From the IMG/VR virus record IMGVR_UViG_3300043394_000364, positions 1-35,294 of that record: 35,294 bases of DNA; one strand, given 5' to 3'. The first letter of the stretch is position 1, and every line of letters begins with the position of its first letter. Source of the stretch: a virus. Taxonomy: Duplodnaviria > Caudoviricetes. Shown piece by piece: positions 5,982-15,424 of this stretch. Both the position numbers and the translations under genes were made by a program. Below the pieces are notes generated by a model. The model was not told the origin of the DNA. It searched no databases and worked only from the letters and a program-made list of their open reading frames with translations.

Positions 5982-6955
5982 TGGACGCGCGACCTGCCCC
6001 ATTGGTGCCCGAGGTCGTTGACCTTCGGGACTTTGCTTTCCTCCCGCTGGAGGTCGTGCGTCTGCGTGACTCAGGCCTTACCGCAAAGGCATCAGGCGAT
6101 GAGTTCCGCGCCGCAGTGCTGCTTTGGTGCGCCGCTTGGCACCAGACGCCAGCCGCAAGCCTGCCAGACGACGACGAAGAGCTCGCGAACCTGTGCGGGT
6201 ACGGCCGCACTCCGAAAGAGTGGGCGAAGATCAAACAGCGTGCGCTAACGGGCTTCGTGCTGTGCACTGACGGCCGGCTGTATCACAAGATCCTGTCCAG
6301 CAAGGCCATCGAAGCATGGCGCGGCAAGCTGCGGCAGCGCTGGGTCACAGAGACAGCGCGCGTGAAGAAGCACAACAGTCGCCACAACACCGCGCACGTT
6401 GTCCCTGAGTTTGAAGTGTGGGTGTCCCTCGGTTGTCCCCAGGGACAAACGCTACACGTCCAGGTGACAGAAGAGGGAAGTCCCCAAACTGTCAAAGTAG
6501 ACAGGCCTTCCAAGAGAGAGGGACAGGGACAGGGAGAGAGAAAGGGACAGGGAGAGGGAGAGGGACAGGGAGAGAAAGAAGAAGAGCTTGGCGCTGCGAA
6601 GCTTCGCCCCAAACGCAAAGCGCCGGCCAACTTCGCCCCATCCCCGGAAATGCTCGCGTGGGCATCGACCGAGTGCCCATCGGTAGACGCCAAAGCGGAG
6701 ACGGCGAAATTCCTGGATCACACCTTCGCTCGCACCATCACCGATTGGGACGGCGCGTGGCGCAACTGGCTGCGCAAGGCAAGCGAGAACATGCCGCGCC
6801 GGCCAGGCCAAGCCATGCGCAACGGCCCACCAGACGATGCCGCCATCCGGGCCTACAACGCCCGCGCCACAGCCGAAGCCGCACGGATGCTGGGCATTGC
6901 CCCACAGCCGCAGCCAGAACCGCCCCTTGACCTCTTGGAGGCCTGCAATGCGTGA
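5981..6955 (+). CDS. Replication initiator (DUF1376/YdaU-like)
   Basis: VDLRDFAFLPLEVVRLRDS...LWCAAWHQTPAASLPDDD...DGRLYH; C-terminal DWDGAWRNW; O-gene position. Confidence 0.8.
   Translation: MDARPAPLVPEVVDLRDFAFLPLEVVRLRDSGLTAKASGDEFRAAVLLWCAAWHQTPAASLPDDDEELANLCGYGRTPKEWAKIKQRALTGFVLCTDGRLYHKILSSKAIEAWRGKLRQRWVTETARVKKHNSRHNTAHVVPEFEVWVSLGCPQGQTLHVQVTEEGSPQTVKVDRPSKREGQGQGERKGQGEGEGQGEKEEELGAAKLRPKRKAPANFAPSPEMLAWASTECPSVDAKAETAKFLDHTFARTITDWDGAWRNWLRKASENMPRRPGQAMRNGPPDDAAIRAYNARATAEAARMLGIAPQPQPEPPLDLLEACNA
6400..6585. repeat. TGTCCC/GGGACA iteron-like repeats and purine tract (putative origin)
   Basis: TGTCCC at 6400, 6423, 6434; GGGACA at 6442, 6520, 6526, 6544, 6562; located inside the initiator gene. 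Confidence 0.55.
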
Positions 6956-7697
6956 CACCGATCTGCCTGAATTCGTCGCCCTGTTGGACGACGTGGCCGG
7001 GCTCCTGCGCCCATCTCAGCCGCTCACCAGCACCCAGAGGGCCATGTGGTTTCGCGCACTCCAGGGGCACACCTTGGCCGATGTTCGCGGCGCCCTGGAT
7101 GCCCACATCCACGACTCCCAGCGCGGGCGATTCATGCCGACACCGGCCGATGTCATCGGGCAGCTTGAAGCACGGGAGGGGCGGCCAGAAGCGGACGCGG
7201 CGTGGGCCATCGCCATTCGGGCAAAGGACGAAGCCGCGACTGTGGTGTGGACGCGGGAATGCGCCACCGCTTGGGCAGCTTGCCTGCCGGTCATGTGCGG
7301 GGGCGACGAAATCGGCGCGCGCATGGCATTCAAAGCGGCCTACAACTCGGCCGTGGCAGAGGCCAGACGCTTGCGCAAGCCCGTCGAGTGGGCTGCATCG
7401 GTAGGCCATGACGCATCACAGCGCCGTGACGCCATCACCACGGCCATCGGGGCCGGCTTGCTCACGCATGACGCGCTTCTCGCGTTGCCACCGCCAGCGG
7501 CCAAGGGGTGGAGCGACATGCCGCCAGATGTGCGGGCCAAGTTGGACGCCGTGCTCTCAGGGCTTCGCGGGCGCCTCGATGCGCCATCGGCTGACCAGAT
7601 CGAGCGCGAGCGCACGCAGGCTCTCAAGGCTGGTGCGGCGCGCGCTGTGCAGGCATACGGTGCCCAGGCTCAGGAGGGCAAAGATGGCAAGCCATAG
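6948..7697 (+). CDS. Replication-associated protein (helicase loader/P-position)
   Basis: MRDTDLPEF...GRFMPTPADV...EADAAW pattern; follows the initiator. Confidence 0.65.
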   Translation: MRDTDLPEFVALLDDVAGLLRPSQPLTSTQRAMWFRALQGHTLADVRGALDAHIHDSQRGRFMPTPADVIGQLEAREGRPEADAAWAIAIRAKDEAATVVWTRECATAWAACLPVMCGGDEIGARMAFKAAYNSAVAEARRLRKPVEWAASVGHDASQRRDAITTAIGAGLLTHDALLALPPPAAKGWSDMPPDVRAKLDAVLSGLRGRLDAPSADQIERERTQALKAGAARAVQAYGAQAQEGKDGKP

Positions 7698-7974
7698 CCG
7701 GCGCGGTTATGCCTGGATCGCGGACTTCGAGGCCGATGGGAAGCTGGGATCCCACATCGGGTGCAGCGTTTTGCCGCCACCCAAGGGCCTGGCCCAACTC
7801 CGACACAGGCTCAAAGCGCAAACGGTCGGGATGCGCGTGCTTGTGCCCGTGCAAGACATGCAACGGGCCAAAGACACGTCAAAACGCCTGGCCGAAAGCG
7901 ACGGCCGTGCGCACCGGGCAATGCTTACAGACGACCAGGGCCAACGCCTAATCGCGAGGTGGAAGGCATGCTGA
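7684..7974 (+). CDS. Hypothetical protein
   Basis: ATG 7684 with GGAGG upstream, overlapping neighbours. Confidence 0.5.
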   Translation: MASHSRRGYAWIADFEADGKLGSHIGCSVLPPPKGLAQLRHRLKAQTVGMRVLVPVQDMQRAKDTSKRLAESDGRAHRAMLTDDQGQRLIARWKAC

Positions 7975-8147
7975 CTGCCGCGCAAGATGACGACCGAGTG
8001 ACGTGCCTCACATGCACAAAGCGCCAGTCAGGGCGATGCACAGACCACATCCGCGCAGGACTCAAGCGCGCAGATGTTGGGCCTGACCTCGCGCAGATCC
8101 TCCAGCGTTGCCCGGCGCACAAGCCAAAAAAGCAGGCGCAGACATGA
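7968..8147 (+). CDS. Small Cys-rich protein
   Basis: DDRVTCLTC...GRC...LQRCPAH. Confidence 0.55.
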   Translation: MLTAAQDDDRVTCLTCTKRQSGRCTDHIRAGLKRADVGPDLAQILQRCPAHKPKKQAQT

Positions 8148-8413
8148 CAGACAACCAGTGCACCTATTGCGGGCAGATCGGCCACCGCGCCAGCAAGTGC
8201 CCGACACGGCCTGTTGATTCAGTCATCCCTGACGTGCTCGCAGACCTGCGCACAAACGGCATCAGATCCGTCCAGCTCCTGGCCAAATCAATCGGCGCAG
8301 ACATCGGCCCAGTGTGCCGCGCAGTCGAGCGACTGCAAACGCTGGGAGAAGTCAGATACCGCAACCCGCGACACAAGCGCGCAACAGGATTCGGGTGGGA
8401 GGCCTGCCGCTGA
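8144..8413 (+). CDS. CCHC zinc knuckle plus putative winged-helix protein
   Basis: CTYCGQIGHRASKC; SVQLLAKSIGADIGPVCRAVERLQTLGEV. Confidence 0.6.
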   Translation: MTDNQCTYCGQIGHRASKCPTRPVDSVIPDVLADLRTNGIRSVQLLAKSIGADIGPVCRAVERLQTLGEVRYRNPRHKRATGFGWEACR

Positions 8414-8796
8414 TGATGCCTCGCGCGCCAAAACCAATCGACCCGGCCGCAGCCCTGCGCAAAGCCACCGCCGCAGCAAACGCAGCCAAGCTGTCGGCAC
8501 CACTGCTGCTGCAAATCAGGATGGCCCAACTCGATGAGGGCATGTCCCTAGAACACGTTTTCCACCCAACGCGAAAGTGGCGCCTTGACATCGCATGGCC
8601 ACACAAACGCCTGTACGTCGAGATTGAGGGCGGCGTCTGGACCGCAGGCAGGCACGGCAGAGGCGCCGGCATCGTGGCCGACATGGAAAAGCAAAACGCG
8701 GCCGTGGTGCTTGGGTGGAAACCTCTGCGCGTTGCAGTAAACCACATCACATCGGGGGAGGCCATCACATGGATACGGCAAGCACTCACAACATGA
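8413..8796 (+). CDS. PD-(D/E)XK endonuclease (Vsr/DUF559-like)
   Basis: FHPTRKWRLDIAWP...VEIEGGVW...GRHGRG...DMEKQNAA...LGW. Confidence 0.8.
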   Translation: MMPRAPKPIDPAAALRKATAAANAAKLSAPLLLQIRMAQLDEGMSLEHVFHPTRKWRLDIAWPHKRLYVEIEGGVWTAGRHGRGAGIVADMEKQNAAVVLGWKPLRVAVNHITSGEAITWIRQALTT

Positions 8797-8999
8797 CCCG
8801 CACCGCAGCAACGTGCAAAGCCTGCAAGCTCGCAGAGGCCGAGCCAGATGCGGGTTACATCATGCACGGCTGCGTTGATTGCAGCGTGCGCGCGCTGGCC
8901 TCTTCTGCCATCGATGTCAGCCAGCGCACAGGCAGGCCGGTTGAAGAGGTTTTCCAGGCTGCAAAAATGTGGGCGCAACGGATCGAAACGGGAGCTTGA
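8793..8999 (+). CDS. Small CxxC...CxxC protein
   Basis: CKAC...CVDC; ATGA overlap. Confidence 0.5.
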   Translation: MTRTAATCKACKLAEAEPDAGYIMHGCVDCSVRALASSAIDVSQRTGRPVEEVFQAAKMWAQRIETGA

Positions 9000-9001
9000 A
9001 C

Positions 9002-9331
9002 ATGGTAAGAAAAACCCCAGAAAAGCCAAAATCTGCCCTCAGAGGCGCCGCAGCAATGGGGCCAGGGCCGGGGCGCCCGAAAGGCGTTGGGAACAAGACG
9101 ACAACCGCGCTCAAGGAAGCCATCCTCCTGGCCGCTGAGGCTGTGGGCTATGACGGCAAGGGCAAGGATGGGCTGACCGGCTACCTCACGCTGGTTGCCA
9201 GCACAGACCTGAAGGCGTTTTGCTCGCTGCTGGGCAAAGTTCTGCCGCTCCAGGTGACAGATGGCGATGGAGGGCCTGTGTTCGAGAGAATTCTGCGCGA
9301 GGTTGTCGCCGCAAATGGACCTGAGACTTAA
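9002..9331 (+). CDS. Putative terminase small subunit
   Basis: GPGRPKGVGNKTTTALKEAI...FCSLLGKVLP; immediately precedes terL. Confidence 0.7.
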   Translation: MVRKTPEKPKSALRGAAAMGPGPGRPKGVGNKTTTALKEAILLAAEAVGYDGKGKDGLTGYLTLVASTDLKAFCSLLGKVLPLQVTDGDGGPVFERILREVVAANGPET

Positions 9332-10538
9332 AACGCCAGCCGTATTTTTGCCGTTGCTCCAGCCGGCGCGCTACAAGGGCGTGCACGGCGGGCGTGGTTC
9401 TGGCAAGTCGCATTTTTTCGCTGAACTGTGGCTTGAGGAAAACATCGCGGAGCATCTGGATTTTGTGATGCTGCGCGAGACGCTGAAGAGTCTGGAATTC
9501 AGCGTGAAAAAGCTGCTGGAGTCGAAGATCCGCCACTACAACGCGGGCGCATATTTTGAGGTTCAGGACAGGCGAATCCTGGCGCGGCGCGGCGGCGTGA
9601 CGATCTTCGAGGGAATGCAGAACCACACGGCAGATTCAATCAAATCGCTGGAGGGGTTTGATCGTGCGTGGTTTGAAGAAGCGCAAGCAGCCACCGACAA
9701 AAGCCTGACGCTTTTGCGCCCGACAATCAGAAAGCCAGATTCTCAGTTGTGGTTTTCCTGGAACCCGGATAAACCGACAGACCCGGTTGATGCTTTGTTG
9801 AGAGGCGAGCAGCCGCCGCCAAGTTCGATCATTGTCGAGGCCAACTACGAACACAACCCGTGGTTGTCGGCGGAGCTGCGGTCAGAGATGGAATACGACC
9901 GGGCGCGCGATCCAGAGAAGTATGCCCATGTGTGGCTCGGCAAGTACCAGCGCAACAGCGAGGCGCGCGTCTTCAAGAACTGGCGCGTTGAAGAGTTCGA
10001 TACATCCTCGGACTGGATTTTGCGCAACGGCGCAGATTGGGGATTCAGTATCGACCCGTCCGTGTTGGTTCAGGTGGCCATCGTCGGAAAGACTCTTTAC
10101 ATCATCCACGAGGCATACCGGGTTGGCTGTGAAATCGACTTTCTGCCCGACCTGTTCAGAACGGTTCCAGATGCCGAGAAGTGGCCAACGACGGCCGACT
10201 CAGCCAGGCCCGAGACGATCAGCTTCATGCAGCGCCACGGGTTCCCCAAGATGCTGGCGGCAATCAAGGGCGCGCGCAGTCTGGAAGAGGGCGTCGAATT
10301 TCTGCGCACATTTGACATTGTGATTCACCCGCGATGCCGCCACGCAATCGAGGAATTCACTCTCTACAGCTACGAGGTTGACCCGCTCACTGGCGCCGTG
10401 TTGCCAAAGCTGGCGGACAAGAACAATCACGTGATAGATGCGACACGCTACGCTTGCGAGGGGGCGCGGCGTGCTGGGCTTGTGGCAAAGCCAGTGAACA
10501 TTGACCCTTTGCCGATGGTTTCGCACTGGAGGAAATGA
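9315..10538 (+). CDS. terL: Terminase large subunit (PBSX/Terminase_3 type)
   Basis: Walker A GGRGSGKS, Walker B WFEEAQ, DWGF, ADSARPE, NHVIDATRY. Confidence 0.96.
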   Translation: MDLRLKTPAVFLPLLQPARYKGVHGGRGSGKSHFFAELWLEENIAEHLDFVMLRETLKSLEFSVKKLLESKIRHYNAGAYFEVQDRRILARRGGVTIFEGMQNHTADSIKSLEGFDRAWFEEAQAATDKSLTLLRPTIRKPDSQLWFSWNPDKPTDPVDALLRGEQPPPSSIIVEANYEHNPWLSAELRSEMEYDRARDPEKYAHVWLGKYQRNSEARVFKNWRVEEFDTSSDWILRNGADWGFSIDPSVLVQVAIVGKTLYIIHEAYRVGCEIDFLPDLFRTVPDAEKWPTTADSARPETISFMQRHGFPKMLAAIKGARSLEEGVEFLRTFDIVIHPRCRHAIEEFTLYSYEVDPLTGAVLPKLADKNNHVIDATRYACEGARRAGLVAKPVNIDPLPMVSHWRK

Positions 10539-10628
10539 CGATGAGCGAAGGCTATTCAGTACGTTTTCAAAGCCGGTGGCGATGTCGCCAGTGGCGCCAC
10601 CTACCCCTTGACCTGGGTCGGAGAGGCA

Positions 10629-10713
10629 TTGCTTCTAGTCGTCAAGCCCGTATAATCCGCGCCATCCCGGATTAGGGAAGCTGTGATTCTTGGTTGCCAG
10701 CGGCCAGCGACAC
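10629..10713 (+). promoter_or_regulatory. Sigma70-like promoter plus conserved leader hairpin upstream of portal
   Basis: TTGCTT-16-TATAAT; followed by GCTGTGATTCTTGGTTGCCAGCGGCC, which is repeated at 25951. Confidence 0.55.
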
Positions 10714-10728
10714 CTGACTAGGTGGGCA

Positions 10729-12837
10729 ATGGGCCGCAAGAGCAACGCGCAAAAGCTACAGGACATCCACCGCGAGGCCGTGGATGAATTCGACGCTTGC
10801 TGGTCCGAGAGTTACCCCAGCCGGATGCAGAGCCGGCAAGACCGGCGCTTCGCCTCTGTGCCAGGCGCGCAGTGGGAGGACGACATCGGGCAGATGTACG
10901 CCAACCGCCCTAAGTTCGAGTTCAACCGGATCGAGCTTGCAATCCGCCGCATCCAAAGCGAGTGGCGCGCAAACCGCATCACGGTGGACTTCGTGCCCAA
11001 GGATGGCGAGACGGGCGCAGACACGGCCGACGTGTGCGACGGGCTATTCCGGGCCGATGAACAGGCCAGCGTGGCTTTTGAAGCCTATGACGGGGCTTTT
11101 GACGAGGCCATCAAGGGCGGAGTGGGCGCTTGGGAGGTTGTGGCCCAGCATGAGGACGATCATGATGATGATTCGCCTGTGGTTGTGCGCATCAACCCCA
11201 TTCATGATGCCGACCAGACCGTGGTTTTTGACCGTGGCGCCCGCAGGCAGGACAAGAACGACGCCATGCGCGCATGGCACCTCGTGCCGTACACACACAA
11301 GGCGTTCGAGGAGAAGTTCGGGGAGGCCCCATCATCGTGGGACAGTGGCGAGTTGGGCGCACGAGATGGCGTGACCCGTTACGGCTGGGTGAGTGCCGAT
11401 GTCGTCTGGGTCGCCAAGTATTACCGCAAGACCAAGGGCAAGCGCACCATGGTCTACTTCAAGCAGGCGCACCAAATCGGGTTTGAATTGCCCGAAGGTG
11501 AAGAGCCGGACATTCAAGAATTCGACGCCAAAGACCTGGACGAAGAGACAATTGAGGAGCTTGAAGCCACCGGCTGGGTTGAGGTGCGGCGCGAGGATGT
11601 GAAGGTCAACGAGGTGCGAAAGTACCTCATGACGCACCACAAGATCCTTGAGGACTGCGGCGTCATCGCAGGTGAGCACATCCCACTTGTGCCGGTCTAC
11701 GGCCGGCGCTGGGTGCAAGATGGCGTTGAGCACTGGGCCGGGCACGTGCGAGTGGCTAAGGATGCACAGCGGCTCATGAACATGACCCTCAGCATGATGG
11801 CTGAGATTGCGGGCCGATTCGACGTTGAAAAGCCAATATTCTCGCCCGAACAGATGCAGGGCCACAGAGAGATGTGGTCAAACGATATTGTCAATCGTTA
11901 CAGCTACATGCTGGCCAACAACGCCAAGGACGCCAACGGTCAGCCAATCCCAGGGACAAACATCCCGCTCGCCTACACCAAGGCCCCGAACATCCCGCCC
12001 GCGACTGCCGCCCTGGCGCAGATGTGCGACGCGGCCATGTCTGAGTTGATGGGCAATCAGCAGGCCGGGGAAGAGGTGCAAGCGAACACCAGCGGCAAGG
12101 CTGTGGAGCTGGTGCAAAACCGGCTGGACATGCAGGTCTTCATTTACCTGGACAACATGGCCAAGGCGTTTCGGCGCACCGGGCAAATCTGGTTGTCTGC
12201 AAAGCGCGACGTGGTGGGTGATGAGCAGCAGCGCGCCCGCACTGTGAACTTGCAGGGCAAGCCAGGCACGGTGATCCTGAATGAGCCGCGAATCGACAAG
12301 AAAACCGGGAAGGCCATCATCGCCAACGATCTGGCCGCCGCGACGTTTGATGTTGTGGCCGATGTCGGCCCAAGCAGCAGCGGCAAGCGGGCCGCCATGG
12401 TGCGCGCACTGACAGGGATGCGCGCAGTCACGCAAGACCCGGAAACCGGCGCCGTGCTGGAGATGCTGGCATTGATGGAGATGGAAGGCGAGGGACTGAG
12501 CGACGTGCAGGAATGGCTGCGCGGGAAGCTGCTGCGCATTGGCGCCGTGAAGCCCACGGACGAGGAGCGCGCGCAGTTGCAGGCTGAGGCCCAACAGCAG
12601 CAGGAAGACCCACAACAGGCCTATTTGAAGGCAGCAGCGCTCAAAGAGCAGGCCCAGGCGACCAAGGCTGAGGCGGACACCCTGGCGCAGCTTGCCAAAG
12701 TGGAGCTGACCGAGGCGCAGACCCTTCAGACCCTTGACACCATCGGGCGGCAGGCGCTGCCTGGTGAGGTTGACTCACCCGAAGTGCCCAGAGAGGGCGA
12801 ACAGCAACCGCAACCGCAGGAACAAGCACCAGCATGA
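10729..12837 (+). CDS. Portal protein, P22 gp1-like
   Basis: About 700 aa; GAQW, NRPKFEFN, IPLVPVYG, AKDAQRLMN, SGKAV, DVGPS; Q-rich coiled C-terminus. Confidence 0.92.
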   Translation: MGRKSNAQKLQDIHREAVDEFDACWSESYPSRMQSRQDRRFASVPGAQWEDDIGQMYANRPKFEFNRIELAIRRIQSEWRANRITVDFVPKDGETGADTADVCDGLFRADEQASVAFEAYDGAFDEAIKGGVGAWEVVAQHEDDHDDDSPVVVRINPIHDADQTVVFDRGARRQDKNDAMRAWHLVPYTHKAFEEKFGEAPSSWDSGELGARDGVTRYGWVSADVVWVAKYYRKTKGKRTMVYFKQAHQIGFELPEGEEPDIQEFDAKDLDEETIEELEATGWVEVRREDVKVNEVRKYLMTHHKILEDCGVIAGEHIPLVPVYGRRWVQDGVEHWAGHVRVAKDAQRLMNMTLSMMAEIAGRFDVEKPIFSPEQMQGHREMWSNDIVNRYSYMLANNAKDANGQPIPGTNIPLAYTKAPNIPPATAALAQMCDAAMSELMGNQQAGEEVQANTSGKAVELVQNRLDMQVFIYLDNMAKAFRRTGQIWLSAKRDVVGDEQQRARTVNLQGKPGTVILNEPRIDKKTGKAIIANDLAAATFDVVADVGPSSSGKRAAMVRALTGMRAVTQDPETGAVLEMLALMEMEGEGLSDVQEWLRGKLLRIGAVKPTDEERAQLQAEAQQQQEDPQQAYLKAAALKEQAQATKAEADTLAQLAKVELTEAQTLQTLDTIGRQALPGEVDSPEVPREGEQQPQPQEQAPA

Positions 12838-13745
12838 GCGCAGACGCCGACGTGATTGACGAAGTGCAGGACGTGCATGGCCATCAGCTTGATGCCGACC
12901 CGGCGCCCGATGTTGAGGCTCAGGGCCAGGACGCGGGCGAACGTCAGGACGAGGCCGACGACAGTGGCATCACGGTCACATTCGGCGCTGCCGATAAGCC
13001 CGAGTCCACAGATGATGACGATGGTGATGCCCCCATTGACGAGAACGAGCCGGTCAACATCCGCCAGCTTCGCCAGCACGCCCGCGATCTGAAGCGCGAG
13101 CTTCGGGAATTGCGCGCCAAGGCCGCAACGCCAAAGACGGACGCGCCCGAGGTTGAGGCTTTCACCGAGCCGCGCCCAACGCTAGCCGATGACGCCATCG
13201 AGTTCAACGAAGAGAAGTTGACAACGGCCATCATCGAATGGAACACGCGCAAGACATCGCACGAGGCCAAGGCCAAGGAAAAACAAGCCGAGGCGCAGGC
13301 GCGCAATGAAGAGTGGGCGCAGGCGCAGGCCAATTTCGCCACGGCCAAGGCGTCATTCAAGGCGCGCGACTACGAGGCGGCAGAGCTTGCCGCCGCTGCT
13401 GTGTTCTCGGTGACGCAACAAGGCATACTCATCCAAGGCAGCAAAGACCCGGCCGCGATGATCTACGGCCTGGGGAAGAACAAGGCCGAGGCCGAAAAGC
13501 TGGCCGCGATCAAAAACCCCATCATGTTCGCCCGCAGGGTGTTCGAACTGGAGCAAGGCATGGCAGTTTCCAAGAGTGGCGCGAAAACGGCGTCTGAATC
13601 AACGGGTCGCAAGTTCACGCCAGAGAAGGCCCTGAACCCTGGCCGCACGGGCGCCGCGTCCAAAACCGCAAACCTCGAAGCGCTGAAAGAACAGGCGCGC
13701 ACATCGGGCGATTACTCGGCATACCTTGCCGCCAAGCGCGGCTAG
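12834..13745 (+). CDS. Scaffolding protein
   Basis: Acidic N-terminus, coiled coil, C-terminal SGDYSAYLAAKR; between portal and coat. Confidence 0.8.
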   Translation: MSADADVIDEVQDVHGHQLDADPAPDVEAQGQDAGERQDEADDSGITVTFGAADKPESTDDDDGDAPIDENEPVNIRQLRQHARDLKRELRELRAKAATPKTDAPEVEAFTEPRPTLADDAIEFNEEKLTTAIIEWNTRKTSHEAKAKEKQAEAQARNEEWAQAQANFATAKASFKARDYEAAELAAAAVFSVTQQGILIQGSKDPAAMIYGLGKNKAEAEKLAAIKNPIMFARRVFELEQGMAVSKSGAKTASESTGRKFTPEKALNPGRTGAASKTANLEALKEQARTSGDYSAYLAAKRG

Positions 13746-13819
13746 ATCTAGAATGTGCGCAGTGGGGCCGCCACCCACTCAAATAACAGGCGCGATGGCT
13801 GCCATTCGGCCCACGAATG
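13726..13819 (+). promoter_or_regulatory. Sigma70-like promoter and structured leader upstream of coat gene
   Basis: TTGCCG-17-TAGAAT; GGCTGCCATTCGGCC motif variant overlapping a CATTCG/CGAATG hairpin. Confidence 0.45.
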
Positions 13820-13861
13820 AGATGAAACCCAACGTTTTCAACTCATTCGAAAGGGGCCAAC

Positions 13862-15091
13862 ATGCCCAACCAGCTGACGAAAGACCTCGAAATTCTCTTC
13901 GAGGAAGTGGTCGAAGGCTATGACGCGGATTGCGTCATTTCCAAGGCGGTCGAAAAGCGCTACCCGGAGCCAAAGGCCATGCAGCGCGCGGGTGAAACGC
14001 TGTACGTGTCGCAGGACTATCAAGCCACTTCTGTGGATGGCCTGGACATCTCGGCAGCGGCGAACACCGACCTGATCCAACGCATGATTCCTTTGACGTT
14101 CCGCCAGCCGCGCAACGTCAAATATGAGTTGGACGCCAAGGAAATGCGCGACGACTTGCACAAGAGGCGCATGGGTGAGGCCGCACGGCGCCACCTGGCC
14201 GGTCACATCGACCAGGCCATTTATGACCTTGTTGCGCAGCGCGCCGGCATCGTCATCAAGAAAGTTGGCGCTTTCACTTGGGACGATGCGGCCAACGCTG
14301 AAGTGCAGTTGTTCATGCGTGGGATCGCGTCCAACCGTGACAAGAAGCTGTTCCTGAACCCGGTGGATTACCTGTCCGTGGCCAAGGACTTGGGCAACAG
14401 GAGCTATGTGCCCGACCTGACCAAGACGGCCATCGAACAGGCGCGCGTGCCCAACATCGGCAGCTTCGAGACATACCGCACGGACAACGTGTCCAACGTG
14501 GTGGCCCCGACAGCTGCTGTGACCGGCATCACCGTTCTGGCCACGGCTTCCCACACGCCAAGCGCCATGACCGGCGACATCCCGACCGACAACCGGCAGA
14601 TGACGCTGACGCTTGCGGGCGCGAACCTGGCAAACCTGAAGAACGGCGACGCCTTCACTCTGCCTGGCGTCAACGCGGTGCACATGGAGACGAAGAGCGA
14701 CACGGGGCAGCCGTTCACCTTCCGCATCTTGTCTGGCGGTGGCACTGCCAGCGTTGTCGTGACCCCGGCACCTGTGCTGACTGGCCCCTACCAGAACGTT
14801 ACTGCTGCGCCCACGGCGGGCATGGCTGTGACGGTGCTGAACACGGCCACCAAGCCGGTGAACGTGTTCTGGAAGCAAGGCGCGGTTGAACTGCTGTATG
14901 GCCGTTTGGCCTTCCCCACGGGCGAAGGCCCGCAGGTCATGACTGCGACCACCAAGCAAGGGGTGCCGTTGCTGATGTCCTACTCCTTCAACCACTTGAC
15001 GGGAAAGACATCCGTGCGCTTCACCGTGATGTTCGGGACGGCCGTGCTCTGCCCTGAGCATTGCGGCATCGTCATTGCAAACCAAGTGTGA
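13862..15091 (+). CDS. Major capsid protein, P22 gp5-like
   Basis: 409 aa; MPNQLTKDLEILFEE, insertion domain with GDAFTLPGVNAVH, C-terminal PEHCGI. Confidence 0.92.
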   Translation: MPNQLTKDLEILFEEVVEGYDADCVISKAVEKRYPEPKAMQRAGETLYVSQDYQATSVDGLDISAAANTDLIQRMIPLTFRQPRNVKYELDAKEMRDDLHKRRMGEAARRHLAGHIDQAIYDLVAQRAGIVIKKVGAFTWDDAANAEVQLFMRGIASNRDKKLFLNPVDYLSVAKDLGNRSYVPDLTKTAIEQARVPNIGSFETYRTDNVSNVVAPTAAVTGITVLATASHTPSAMTGDIPTDNRQMTLTLAGANLANLKNGDAFTLPGVNAVHMETKSDTGQPFTFRILSGGGTASVVVTPAPVLTGPYQNVTAAPTAGMAVTVLNTATKPVNVFWKQGAVELLYGRLAFPTGEGPQVMTATTKQGVPLLMSYSFNHLTGKTSVRFTVMFGTAVLCPEHCGIVIANQV

Positions 15092-15098
15092 TGACGCG

Positions 15099-15126
15099 GC
15101 GGGCCGGGGAAACCTGGCCCGCTTCT
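15099..15126 (+). terminator. GC-rich hairpin after coat gene (terminator or stabilising stem)
   Basis: GCGGGCCGGG-GAAA-CCTGGCCCGC followed by a weak U tract. Confidence 0.6.
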
Positions 15127-15146
15127 CCCATCTTTTGGAGTGACGC

Positions 15147-15422
15147 ATGGATTTCCCCCGAATGATGTACTTCTCACCCGGCCTGCACCACTTGGACATG
15201 GCCGGCGTGACGTTCAATTTCGAAGTGGTCATGACCAAAGACGATGCAGAGCAGCGCAGCGAATTTGGCTGGGGCTACACCACGCAAGAGGCCGCAGCCG
15301 TGGCCGCAGCGCGCAATGCGCCTGAGCCTGACGGCGGCGAAGGCGTGGACGATGAAACGCCGCCATCCGCAGAGGTTGCCCAGCCCGCACGGCGTGGCCG
15401 TCCACCTGGCAAGAGGGCCTGA
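15147..15422 (+). CDS. Hypothetical virion-associated protein
   Basis: GGAG RBS; MDFPRMMY...RRGRPPGK. Confidence 0.7.
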   Translation: MDFPRMMYFSPGLHHLDMAGVTFNFEVVMTKDDAEQRSEFGWGYTTQEAAAVAAARNAPEPDGGEGVDDETPPSAEVAQPARRGRPPGKRA

Positions 15423-15424
15423 GC

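Noticed and set aside
6490-6503. TGTCAA-AG-TAGACA resembling the repressor operator
   Set aside because: Half-sites are 2 nt apart rather than 7; probably chance.
10541-10675. 44-aa ORF between terL and portal
   Set aside because: No recognisable features and it overlaps the predicted promoter.
13838-15238. Long antisense ORFs (also 22329..23693, 26153..27382 and others)
   Set aside because: Shadow frames of GC-rich genuine genes on the opposite strand.
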